NCBI RefSeq assembly: GCF_001194135.2
Contig: NC_068995.1
Span: forward strand, 15,560,803 to 15,613,224
Source: Octopus bimaculoides
Lineage: Eukaryota
Direction of reading: 5' to 3'
Length of the DNA stretch: 52,422 nucleotides
The position numbers were made by a program, and so were the translations under genes. The notes beneath the pieces were generated by a model. That model was not told the DNA's origin and searched no databases. It worked only from the letters and a program-made list of their open reading frames with translations. This document shows, in pieces, positions 1-12,450 of the stretch. Numbering within the stretch: position 1 is the stretch's first letter; every line of letters begins with the position of its first letter.

Positions 1-503
1 CACACACACACACACACACACACACGAGAGTTAAGGAATGGAGTAGATAAGATCCTGGCTACATATGTTTCATAACGTGCGAAACCTCGGAAGTGGTAAG
101 TATCCAAGCCAGGTGTATACCGCAGGCTACTCTTCAGGCCAAGGGCATCTTGATTAAATGAAGTTTACATTGTCGCAAGGAGGTACACGAGTAGCATGCA
201 GTATACATCTCGCTTGGATATTTAGCACTTCTGAAGTTCCGCTCGCTATGAAACGTATAGCTCGGATCTTACCTACTCCATTCATTAACTCTTGGAATTT
301 TATTCGCATACTTGGCAACCCTGGTTGCCTACCGTGAAATATGAAATAATTTTTTGCAGTTTATCATAATCCGATACGAAAATGAACATAACTATGATAA
401 GCCCATTCTCGCCATGGCTATCCCGTCTTTTATTCATATATAATGTACTTAGAAATAGAATTATCTAACAAGATTTTTTTCATTTATTTTTCTCCAGAGA
501 GTA

Positions 504-673
504 GGCGCAGGTGTGTCTGTGTGTTTAAGAAGCTTGCTTCCCAAGCGTGTGGTCTTGGGGTCACTCCCACTGTGCGGCAGCTTTGACAAGTGTCTCATGC
601 AATAGCCCCGGCCAGGCCCGACCAATGCTTTGTGAGTGGATTTAGTAGATAGAAACTGCGTGGAAGCTCGTCG

Positions 674-738
<65 letters not shown>

Positions 739-982
739 GTCTGTCTGTCTGTGCGTGTGTGTTTGTGTGTAAATATCTTTGTGTTTCACCTCCCACTGCT
801 TGGCAACCGGTGCTGGTTTCTTTACATACCCGTAATTTAGCATTAAGTACCAGACTTAAACACAACCACTTAGGTTTATTTATTCGAATAATAATTAAAA
901 AAAAAAACACTTTTGGAGGCAGTGCACCAGCATGGCCACAGTTCAAAGACCGAAACAAGTATAAGGTTAAAGATAAAAGACA
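504..982 (+). mobile_element. tRNA-derived SINE family A (octopus-type, CORE-like), near full length
   Basis: Head with degenerate A/B boxes, GGCAAGTGTCTTCTACTATAGCC-like core, internal microsatellite and tail ...gcatggccacag...gaccgaaacaag. Many homologous copies in the window. Confidence 0.85.
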
Positions 983-1192
983 GATATTAGAAAGACGTAA
1001 TAGTTTTTTTTTTTGTATTCTTCTAGCAAGATCAGCAGTCACGTAGGCGTTTTCCCATTGGCTCACAATTCGATGTTGATAGTCGTTGAAATTAAAAAGA
1101 AGAGCAATTACTGTTTTTCAAATCTACAACAGTTTTCTCAATCCATATCGAATTAACAACAACCAAGAATAGGCACGTATTGTGATATCATT

Positions 1193-1209
1193 TGTATTAT
1201 TATTATTAC

Positions 1210-1288
<79 letters not shown>

Positions 1289-1289
1289 T
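1193..1289. repeat. (TAT)n microsatellite
   Basis: Direct reading. Confidence 0.95.
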
Positions 1290-1665
1290 ATGTGCTATCG
1301 CATTGTCGTATTTAACGCACGTTATTTTCTTGCTTATCATGTACATTATTAAATGTAATGCTATTACAACTGTGGCTTCAATGAAACTTTCTTTGTGAAA
1401 ATAAAATGATAGTAAATTGAATCGAATTCATTTTAATTTAATTTTATTTGAATATTTTATTCAAGTTGTTGTTAATTTGCTCATGTGGTTCGTCTTACGT
1501 TCGTTGTTTAGATTTTGTATCTGTTGCTTCCTTCCTGCATTTGTTATCTGCGTTAAGCTGGAAGATATAATTTGAACTGGTATCATTTACAGAGTTTGTT
1601 ATACACACAGGCATAAACATACATGCACACAAATATATGCATATATATATATATATATATATGTA

Positions 1666-1728
<63 letters not shown>

Positions 1729-1821
1729 GCACACACACACACATATATATATATATACATGTATGTGTATGTATATTATATTACAGAAATATATATACGC
1801 GCATCTGTATATATGTCCACA

Positions 1822-2782
1822 TACAGGATGTCCCAAAATTATGGTAACAAAGTTTTTTCAATTTTGCCAAAGCAAAATATTGTTATATTTCGGGCCCCGA
1901 GCAATGCAATGGTAAGGCAAACAAAATTATGACACTACCACATTTATTCGATATGACCATTTCTGTCTCGAATCACGGCCTTAAGTCTAAGTACGGATGC
2001 TTCGCGCGTGGCACGCAGCTGTTCGTGCGGAATCGAATTCAATTCCTGATGCAGTTTTGCTTTCACATCGTCGAGCGGAGTATGAGGAGTACTCGAGACA
2101 CTCGTCATCAAAATGGATCAAAGAGAAAAAATCCAACGGATTGAGGTCGGGGTTTCTTGAGGGCCATGCGTCCTTGCCTATGAACGACGGTAAGTTTTGT
2201 TTTTTCTGAATCCAGTGTTGTGTCTGTAGGATGGTGCCAAGTCTTGTTGGAGGCTCCAAGGCGCGTTTTGAAAGTGTTCAATCACCATAGAAACAGTTCA
2301 GCTTCCAGAATGTATCACTGGGTGTTAATTTTAACACCAGAGGGCACTAAAACGGTGGCAGAGTGGGGGAACTTTCCAATGGCTATCACAGCCGCCCAAA
2401 CCATAACTGACTGTGAATTTTGTTGCCGATATTCGAGTCTAACCTCGACGGAGCCAGATTTATACATTCTGGTGGTTTACTGTCTGTTCGATGTCAAATT
2501 TCTTTTCATTAGTGAACACCAGGTTAGGCAGCGTGCTTTCCGCAATCTGACGCAAGATAAGACGGCTTCTCTCCTTAAAAACTTGCGGATCATTCTTCAG
2601 TACTCGATACATTGATGTTCGGCTTATTTTTGCTGTGACAGCCAGTTTTCTGACGAAACGACGAGGATTTCGCCCTATCTTTTTTCCTGTACTTTTTGTA
2701 AGCGTAGCGGTCCGCACACTTATTTTTCGGGTATGTATAATTTTCATATCTTATCACATTTATTGATAGTTATTAAAGCCTA
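1822..2782 (-). mobile_element. Decayed mariner-like (DDxD, maT-like) transposon
   Basis: Frameshifted transposase motifs RNPRRFVRKLA..AKISRTSM, LVFTNEKKF, QQDLAPSY, WPSRNPDLNPLDF. TA+CAGGATGTCCCAAAATT terminus at 1822. The other end runs into a gap. Confidence 0.85.
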
Positions 2783-3499
2783 NNNNNNNNNNNNNNNNNN
2801 NNNNNNNNNNNNNNNNNNNNNNNNNNNNNNNNNNNNNNNNNNNNNNNNNNNNNNNNNNNNNNNNNNNNNNNNNNNNNNNNNNNNNNNNNNNNNNNNNNNN
2901 NNNNNNNNNNNNNNNNNNNNNNNNNNNNNNNNNNNNNNNNNNNNNNNNNNNNNNNNNNNNNNNNNNNNNNNNNNNNNNNNNNNNNNNNNNNNNNNNTATA
3001 TATACATGTGTGTGTATATGTACAGGAAGTTCGGCCTAAATTTGACGAGTTGTTGTGTCTCTTTTTATCAGGAACATCTTGATGTGTTGGTGAAGAGTTA
3101 ATGGCGTTGGAGAGCATAGAGATTAAAGTCCTAGGTGAGTAAATGTTAGCTGGTATGGAGGACTGGAAGCCATCCGAATATTAGAAAAGAGTTAACTGCA
3201 TCAGGATAGTTTGCACTGGATATGCAAAATGTCGGCATCATGACTGCTACTCAATGCTCTGTAAACTATAAGAGGCTGTAAGACATGACATGGGCAACTG
3301 TAATGGAGAATACGAAACCATGGCTAGCAGGAAGGGACACAAAAGCGTTCTGACTGCGTCTGCTTGCCTGAATTCACGCCTGTATTGTTGAATAGAGTCA
3401 TAGGCTCAATTCAGACGGCCATGTGAAGCTGCTGGAGATTGTGGTCAATTCCTTGCTGGAGAGGGTTCTGCTAGAAGGCCATATGGGTGGTAGCAGAAT

Positions 3500-4665
3500 T
3501 TTTCCATCGTTTCCAAAGATGGACGGAAGTGTACAATGACGATGGAAATAATGGCGGCAGTTGTGGTCATTGTGGTGGCAACTGCGGTACAGCAGCGACG
3601 TCGGTGAGGACCACAACGACTACGAGGACGAAAACGACGACGAAACATCAAGTGAAACATCAATCTCCATCGAACTTAATAGCTCAGGAAGTCTGAAAAA
3701 TCTGTGTGTATTACTTCTCTTAGCTTTTTTCTTTGATTAAATGATTTTAGAAAATGAATGTTTACTCTCTAGCTCAATATGACAACTAAATATCCCTCTT
3801 TAAACTCCGTATTGTCAATATAAGAGCTAAATATCTCTCATTAAAGTCTGTACCGTCTTTAGAATGGTGGGAACGTTTGTTTTATGTTCTAAATCTGAAA
3901 TTTGCTGCGTAAGAAAAAGATGTCATAATGTGGGTAAGAGCTATAGCTCCGGTGTTAATCGTATAGTTTTGTAGGAGGATGTATGTTTTAGCATCGTACT
4001 TCGAGAATATATATATATACTAAAGCTGTAACGAGGACAATAAAAATACTAAAATCGTAGCAAGAACAATAATACAAACCATAAGTAAAACACAAGAACC
4101 AAACAACAGCAACAACAATAAACATAACGAGAATGCCAGCTGCAGTTACAGCAACAATAGTTAACTGCAAATGCAATAACAATAACAATAACAATAATAA
4201 CAACAATTGCAAAAAGAAAAGAAACAGCAACCATGTTAGCAACAACAACGACTACGATAGCAACAATATCATCTGATATCAGAAATGGTTGTTGCAATAA
4301 AATCAACAACATTAACAACGTTAACAACAATTTTGGAAGTCACCGTGAAGGCAATGATGAGAACAGTTACAACAACAATCATAATGTAAATAGTGGCAAA
4401 AAAAAAAGCATCGACAATACCACCACCACCACCATTACTATCACTACCACCACCATCATCATCACCACCACCACCATCATCATCACCACTTGTAGCAATG
4501 ACGTCAACAATAGCAGCAACAACAATGACAGCAACCGTGAGGACAATGGCGACAAGAAAGACATCAACAATAACATCAGGAACTACCATCCTCACCGCTA
4601 CCACCATTCCCATCACCGGTACTAGCACCAGTACTAGCACCACCACCAACACCAGCACCACTACC

Positions 4666-4696
<31 letters not shown>

Positions 4697-5060
4697 CCAC
4701 CACTACCAGCACCACTACCACCAGCACCNNNNNNNNNNNNNNNNNNNNNNNNNNNNNNNNNNNNNNNNNNNNNNNNNNNNNNNNNNNNNNNNNNNNNNNN
4801 NNNNNNNNNNNNNNNNNNNNNNNNNNNNNNNNNNNNNNNNAGCACCACCACCAACACCAGCACCACTACCACCAGCACCACCACCACCAGCACCACCACC
4901 ACCAACAACAACAACAACAACGACAATAATAAAATCAGCAACCCTGATGACAATGACGAAAAGAACAACATCAGCACTACCATTATCATCATCATCATCG
5001 TCAACAACGGCAGCGTGACTGACAATAAGAACAACAAGACCAAAATAAAACAAGCAGAAT
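3500..5060. repeat. Compound trinucleotide low-complexity tract (CAA/AAT/CAT/CAC/CAG)
   Basis: Direct reading; contains gap 4729-4840 and generates spurious poly-T/H/V ORFs. Confidence 0.9.
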
Positions 5061-5654
5061 GACATGAGCCTAGAAGCAATTGTTAAAGAATTTCTTAGAA
5101 TGACATCTCTGGTTTGGAAATCATTGTTGCATATTTTCAAGATTTTCCAATTATTTCCTCATTGGTGGGGATCCGTGGTTAGAAAACTCAATTATCGTAT
5201 CCAAACTTGAGGCCCTTTATCCAAAATGTCCATCGTTTCATACAAATTTGCTCGTATCATATCTAACAAACAACCATCCCTTTATGTACTTCTCACACTA
5301 CGAAACCTTGCTGTTACAACGGTAGATAACGAATATAAACAATGATAGAGCTGCTTCTATAAATGTATATATTTTATACACATGGTGTTTATAAATCGTT
5401 TAAACATCATCTAATAAACATTTGTAATACGAAACTGACAAATTCTGTATAGGGAAGAAACGAATGGAGCACCGAGTAAAGTGTTTAAAAATTTTTTTTT
5501 TTTTAACTAAATAAAATTTGTTTTTGCTGCATTCAGTTACGGACTTCGGAGTTCGAATCCCACCTCAGCTGGCTTCGAGCAGATTTCTTTGTGGTATTTC
5601 TTTTGATTCTCTTCGTTCTAAGTTTAAATGCATCCGACGTCAGATATTGATTTT

Positions 5655-6057
5655 ATTATTTTGTTTCTTTTGCTTGCTTCAGTCATCAGACTGGGGTCAT
5701 GCTGGGGCACCGCCTTGGAGAAGTTTTGGTCGAATGAATCGATTCCAGTACTAAATTTTCTTTCTTAAGCTTGGTGATTATTCTATCGGCCTCTTTTGCC
5801 GAAACGTCAAGTTACGGGGACGTAAACACACCAACACTGGTTGTAAAGCAGTGGCGGGGGACAGGCTCAGAAACAAAAACTCACACATATATAACCCAGG
5901 GTTCTTTCAGTTTCCATATACCAAATCCATTTATCAGTCTGTGATCCACTCCAGGCTATAGTAGAAGACACTTGCCCAAGGTATCACACAGTAGTACTGA
6001 ACCAGGAACTATGTGGTTGGGAAGCAAGCTTGTTACCACACAGCAACATCTGTGATT
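5655..6057 (-). mobile_element. SINE family A
   Basis: Reverse complement of family A: tagtagaagacacttgcccaagg, ggaagcaagcttgttaccacacagc. Confidence 0.85.
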
Positions 6058-6067
6058 GATGATAATA

Positions 6068-6275
6068 GTAATCCTTTCTACTATAGGTACAAGGCCTGAA
6101 ATTTTGTGCAGAGTATGTTTGGCGATTGCGTCGACCCCAATGCACAACTGGTACTTATTTCAGCGACTCCAAAATGATGGATGAAGGGCAAAGTCGACCT
6201 CGGCGGAATTTGAACTCGGAACATAAAGACCGACGAAATGCCACTAAGCATTTTGTCCGGCATGCTAATGGTTCT
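6068..6275 (-). mobile_element. tRNA-derived SINE family B (Meta-domain-like)
   Basis: ctggtacttatt...gaagggcaaagtcgacctcggcggaatttgaactc; reverse complement of the family B head and body. Confidence 0.85.
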
Positions 6276-6287
6276 GCCCTGGCTCAG

Positions 6288-6651
6288 TTATAGCTGTGTG
6301 GTTTAGAAGATCGCGTTGCAATTATGTGGTTTGTGGTTCAGCCCTACAGCCTGGCACCTTGGACAAGTGCCCTCTACTATGGCCCCGCACCAAACAAAGG
6401 TTTGTGAGTGGATTTGGTAGAAGAATAATGTGTAGAAGCCCGTTGTATATATGTAAGTGTGTATGCCTTTATGTTTGTCCTGACCACCGATTGTTGGTTA
6501 GTTACGTCATCGTAAGCTAGCGGTTCGGCATAAAAGTCCGATGTAATAAATATTAGACTTTAAAGAAATAAATACTTGTTGGTTGTAGATGTGGCGATTT
6601 GTTTGACTACAAAATGGCTACAGTCCAGTGACTGAAACAATAAAAGATAAA
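6288..6651 (+). mobile_element. SINE family A
   Basis: gctgtgtggtttagaag...ggcaccttggacaagtg...gtgagtggatttggtag...gactgaaacaataaaaga. Confidence 0.85.
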
Positions 6652-7324
6652 CGAAACCAGAGGCGGTGAATTCGGGGAATTGTTAGCTTCGTGACATTTG
6701 TCTTGATTATCAGCGTTCTGAAGGCAAAGGTCACGATGGTACTGGTACCAAGTTGTATCAACCTTGCCTTCCACTGGACATAATCGATAGTGCGGAGGAC
6801 TGAGCCTTACGTGCAGGGACAAATGGTAGTCACAAAAAACAAACAAAAAGCCAACCAAAAATTTTTCAAAAATCATCAGGCCTTGTGCCTTAGAACGGAA
6901 CTCCTCAGGCACAGAAGCCACACGTTAGTCATGAATAAAGAGGGCCCAAAAGAGGGACTAAAGAAGCCCTTAGTTAGTCATGACCAAAGAGAGCCCCAAA
7001 ATACAGTGGGAATATGTATTAACTAGAAATAATTAAACGCAGAGGTAAAAATGAAAAAAACATAATCAAATGATATCAATTAATGACCATATTATTTCGT
7101 CATATAGAAGTGACGAAACCGGATGTATTTCGCTCTTCTTATAGACTCATCTGAGAAGCATAGATTTCAACGTAATGACAAAAGTTGTGGCGAGTGAAAC
7201 ACTGAGTGCAACGTTATATTTGTTGGTGAAGGGAAAAAAAACATTGTTTAGACATTAAATAACTCAATAATCGCAGACATAGCCATATGGTTAATGTTGA
7301 TTTGAAACTACTTCGTATGTACAC

Positions 7325-7424
7325 ATTAGTGTGTGTGAGTGTATATGTGTGTGTGTTTGCGTGTGTTTATGTGTAAGTGTATATTGTGTATTTGGGTGTA
7401 TGCATGTATGCTTGTGTGTGTATT

Positions 7425-7475
<51 letters not shown>

Positions 7476-7660
7476 TTGCACACACATACAATTGTATATA
7501 TCAGTTCGGTACATACCGTCGTATGTTTAGGTGTGTATATACTTGTGAATGTATATTTGTCCATTAATATATACATGTATATATGTTTTCGTATGACTGT
7601 ATATGTCTGTCTATCTGTTTTCTCTCTCTCTCTTTCTCTCTCTCACTCGTTTTCTTTCTT

Positions 7661-7709
<49 letters not shown>

Positions 7710-7744
7710 TCTTAGATATATTATATATTTTATTCTATTCTATA

Positions 7745-7789
<45 letters not shown>

Positions 7790-7815
7790 CATACATATAT
7801 ATACATATATGCACA
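7325..7815. repeat. Mixed (GT)/(TA)/(CT)/(CA) microsatellite block
   Basis: Direct reading. Confidence 0.9.
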
Positions 7816-8574
7816 TAGGTAATTTTAGCTAAAGTATCTTATATTTGTTTATATTGTAAGCACACTCACACAAACACATACAGACACCCACACGCAAAAA
7901 CACCATAATTTCGGGGTCATTACGAACTCCTGTCAAAAATAGATCAACCGCCATTACTATACTGTTTCTTTGCCAATACTAATCTTAAAATTTGTTTAGC
8001 TAACAACAAAATATAATTACGATGATGATGTACAGTAAACAAGATATTTAGCAATAGACAAAGATTAATACTGATGAAACAAGTGCTGTGCTCCGGCGAC
8101 AAATAACTAGTTCTTATTTAGGTATAAGGCCAGAAAATTTTGAATAGATAAGACTAGTCAATACCACCGATCGCAGAACTTAACCGGTGTTTTATCTCAC
8201 ACCACCCGAAAGGATTATTTGAATCTATATTTCGAACAATATTGAGCACAAAAAGTTCATACGGTGGAATAAGTTAGTTTTCTGTAAGAAAGATGAGAAG
8301 TCTAGCTCTTCAGGCAGAATCTTTCATGAAATGTTTATGAAACATTTCATTTCATCCCTGACGAAGAGCTCTGCCCAAAATGTTTGACTTTTCCTCTCCT
8401 CCACCACACCAAAATAACATGTCTACAACATAAAATAGTATTGTCTTCTTTTATTTGCTTGCTTCATGGTGTCGTCGGCTTCTTTCATTTCGTAACGTGA
8501 TACAACGACTACGCGATATAGTATGTCGTCTGTTCAGCATGGCGATTTTACGTCATCGTTTTTTCTTTCTCTCC

Positions 8575-8588
8575 TTTTTTCATTCTTT

Positions 8589-8654
<66 letters not shown>

Positions 8655-8655
8655 T
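8575..8655. repeat. (CTTT)n microsatellite
   Basis: Direct reading. Confidence 0.95.
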
Positions 8656-10748
8656 CTCCTTTAGCCTGTATTCCCCCATCCCTGCTTCATAGAATCTCTA
8701 TCTTTTTACTTCTATACGTTATATATATATATATGNNNNNNNNNNNNNNNNNNNNNNNNNNNNNNNNNNNNNNNNNNNNNNNNNNNNNNNNNNNNNNNNN
8801 NNNNNNNNNNNNNNNNNNNNNNNNNNNNNNNNNNNNNNNNNNNNNNNNNNNNNNNNNNNNNNNNNNNNNNNNNNNNNNNNNNNNNNNNNNNNNNNNNNNN
8901 NNNNNNNNNNNNNNNNNNNNNNNNNNNNNNNNNNNNNNNNNNNNNNNNNNNNNNNNNNNNNNNNNNNNNNNNNNNNNNNNNNNNNNNNNNNNNNNNNNNN
9001 NNNNNNNNNNNNNNNNNNNNNNNNNNNNNNNNNNNNNNNNNNNNNNNNNNNNNNNNNNNNNNNNNNNNNNNNNNNNNNNNNNNNNNNNNNNNNNNNNNNN
9101 NNNNNNNNNNNNNNNNNNNNNNNNNNNNNNNNNNNNNNNNNNNNNNNNNNNNNNNNNNNNNNNNNNNNNNNNNNNNNNNNNNNNNNNNNNNNNNNNNNNN
9201 NNNNNNNNNNNNNNATATATATATATATACATGGTGCAGCTTTATCCACTTGGCCTGATTCGGCGCCATGTAAGAAATATGACGCGTTCACTCGTTCATA
9301 AGGAATATCTTTCATCTTTGGCATAATTACGTTATTCTCGTTAAGGTTCTTGTAGCACCGTTACAGTTCACTGCTACTTTCAACGAAAATACTAACAAGA
9401 CAACGCAAGAGCCTCTATGCGGTCGTATGACCCACTGCAAAAACCAACCAAAATTCTCCCTCAAATCACATCGTACCCTCTTAAAAATAAAAGGCGCTTT
9501 GGTTAATACGATCGTAGTTATTCATTATACGGTGGAGAATTGGCACAGTTGTGAGAGTGACATTTATTCTGATTTGTTCCAAGTCTCGTATAAGCCAACT
9601 TTACCTTTTATTATTTCGGGGACCGAGGATTAAAAACTTTAATCGAGGTAGACTGATTGGCATGGCCAATGCTTTCTCCTGACGAAAGACAAAAGAAGAA
9701 AATACAAGAATATCTATGTTTAAAAAAGAGAAGGTGGCAGCGTCACATATGGAATGTTACTTGATCATAAGTCTGCATGATCAGACGTGACCTGCGGCTA
9801 AACAGCCACAACAATCGAAATGGAAGCATTATATAAGCCAACGACAGATCCACTTATTCTCTCGGCCTCCTAGAAACAGTTGCCAAATCACCACCAAAAT
9901 TGATACGAATTCTGTCCGCATGATTCAGTGTAACACACGTTATATTAGTAGTGTAGTTATTAATGACCAGAGATCATTAATAATTCGAGTATTTTGCTAT
10001 GCTTGTCGTAATTTTGTTTGCATATTCCCATAGGAAGTTGTAGGATTCTAAATTTCAGCAATTTGAGATGTGAGGTAAGCGATCCCTGACGAATCTCAAA
10101 AAATAGAAAACCAGTCATACAACTCTCGGTCTCAGTTACTGACGCTCCTATATTTTATCAACCCTTTCTTTTCATAGAGTGACCACGCATATATTAAAAC
10201 ACTGTATATAATATTCGAATATATATTATATAATAAAAATATACACACATTCGTAGATTGCTGTTTAATGACTACGCGAGCATTATCCGTTGGACTTTTC
10301 ATTTGCCTAGGTGACATTTATGAAAGGATTTCAGTATTTGATAGGAAAATAAAAATCCCCAAAGATTCGTTGAAACAAAGACACGAAAATCAAATAATGG
10401 AACGGTAGATATTGGTTTGACATCCTGGAATGAACAAATTAATCGCTATAAATAATAAAATTTTAAGCCTTCCATTAGTGAACTGCATTAACAAGGTGAA
10501 AGCAGACAGGTTTATACATGTTTCCATACCTCCTCTGCGTTTGTGTGTGTGTGTGTGTGTGTGTGTGCATGTGTGTGTGTTTATGTGTGTATATGTGTGT
10601 GTATGTGTGTGTGTGTATGCATGCATATATATTAATATATATATTTGAATATATGCATTTATATGTATATTATACATACGCATACAGGCACACACACATA
10701 TATATGTATGCATGTATGCATATGTATATACAAGTATAAGTATACAGG

Positions 10749-10828
<80 letters not shown>

Positions 10829-11497
10829 NNNNNNNNNNNNNNNNNNNNNNNNNNNNNNNNNNNNNNNNNNNNNNNNNNNNNNNNNNNNNNNNNNNNNNNN
10901 NNNNNNNNNNNNNNNNNNNNNNNNNNNNNNNNNNNNNNNNNNNNNNNNNNNNNNNNNNNNNNNNNNNNNNNNNNNNNNNNNNNNNNNNNNNNNNNNNNNN
11001 NNNNNNNNNNNNNNNNNNNNNNNNNNNNNNNNNNNNNNNNNNNNNNNNNNNNNNNNNNNNNNNNNNNNNNNNNNNNNNNNNNNNNNNNNNNNNNNNNNNN
11101 NNNNNNNNNNNNNNNNNNNNNNNNNNNNNNNNNNNNNNNTATATATATATATATATATATATCTATATATAATTTATAATGAATATTCAAAAGGAATATT
11201 TTATTGAACTCATATTAAGTGCTCTATTACTTTGAGCAAATATATATATATATATTTATATTATTAATAAAATTATCAGCAATATTCTCAGGAAATCAAT
11301 ATTCGAATTTTTGAAAGATGTATGGTTTATATGATGCAATAATTATTTTGAATTATAATTAAAATTAAAATATACAAAATATAAATGTATATAAAAAATA
11401 TATGCGTACATAAATGTATATAAAAATATATGCGTAAGTGAGTGTAAATGGTATACATAGGGAGTATGTATACAAATGGTATACATAGTGAGTGTAA

Positions 11498-11842
11498 ATG
11501 GTATACATAGGGAGTTCTATTAATTTTAAACAAAGATATCTAGTGCATATACATTCATTTAAACCAAATATAAATAGTAATACAACTTCATTAGCCACAT
11601 ACATACAGAAACTCAATAAAAATAAAATTAATTATAAATTGGACTGGCCAATAATAGATTCTGCAATACCATATACATATAAATCAAATAATTGCCGTTT
11701 ATGCACATTAGAATCACTGCATATATTACTATATAAATTTGACAATCCAATTAATACCAAGTCAGACGCGATATCATCACGTAAACATAGGTACTACAAA
11801 ACCTTTAAATATTATAATAGATCCCAAAACAAGGTAGAATAG
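11498..11842 (+). CDS. Penelope-type GIY-YIG endonuclease, N-terminally truncated ORF (114 aa)
   Basis: YIGSSINFKQRYLVHIHSF...TSLATYIQKL...YKLDWPII..AIPY...CRLCTLESLHIL...INTKSDAIS..KH follows the PLE endonuclease pattern YIG..FK.RY..H..SF / T.LS.YIW.LK / C.LC..EK..I / LN.RSE.IS.CRH. The first (GIY) motif is absent. Confidence 0.8.
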   Translation: MVYIGSSINFKQRYLVHIHSFKPNINSNTTSLATYIQKLNKNKINYKLDWPIIDSAIPYTYKSNNCRLCTLESLHILLYKFDNPINTKSDAISSRKHRYYKTFKYYNRSQNKVE

Positions 11843-12139
11843 AAAAAAAAAACACATGTGTGTATTTCTATAAGCATTTGTAGTGATATGTAAAAAAAAG
11901 TATGTATATATGTGTATATGTGATTGCATGTGTGTATATGTATAAATGTAGACACTTAATAATTGAACTCAAATACTAGTAATCTACAATACTTTCATAA
12001 TTATATTAAATTAAAATTGAAAATAAATATGTTAAATCTAAACACTTAAGGATTTGAACCTAGATTCTACTATATTACTTTTATAAGTAATAATAATATC
12101 CATATTAAATTAAACTTGAATTTGAAATAGAATCTTCTG

Positions 12140-12450
12140 ACAAATAATAAAAACTTCTATATATACTTATCTCAATTCTAACCAAATTTTTATAATGAAA
12201 AGTATGCAGTGGATGGAACATTTAAATATTGGGTGTGATTCATAGGATTTACCAATTATATATTTAATTATTGCGAAATAACGCAATAAATCTAACAACA
12301 AGATGGACTCTACTATAATAATGTGCTGTGATTCTCAAATATTCTGAAAAATATACCGACATCAAAAACTATATATCATATAAAATATCTACAAAGGAAA
12401 AATATAAATTCTCTAAATTATATGATGGATTGGATTTACAAATTCTCAAA
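12140..12450 (+). pseudogene. Decayed Mutator (MULE) transposase catalytic core
   Basis: YAVDGTFKYW with D at 12212, IYQLYI in a shifted frame, and YMMDW with D at 12428, in frame 72 codons later. Multiple stops. Confidence 0.6.

Noticed and set aside
314-329. GGCAACC-CT-GGTTGCC mini-hairpin
   Set aside because: Too short to be significant, and no partner terminus or Helitron CTRR end was found.
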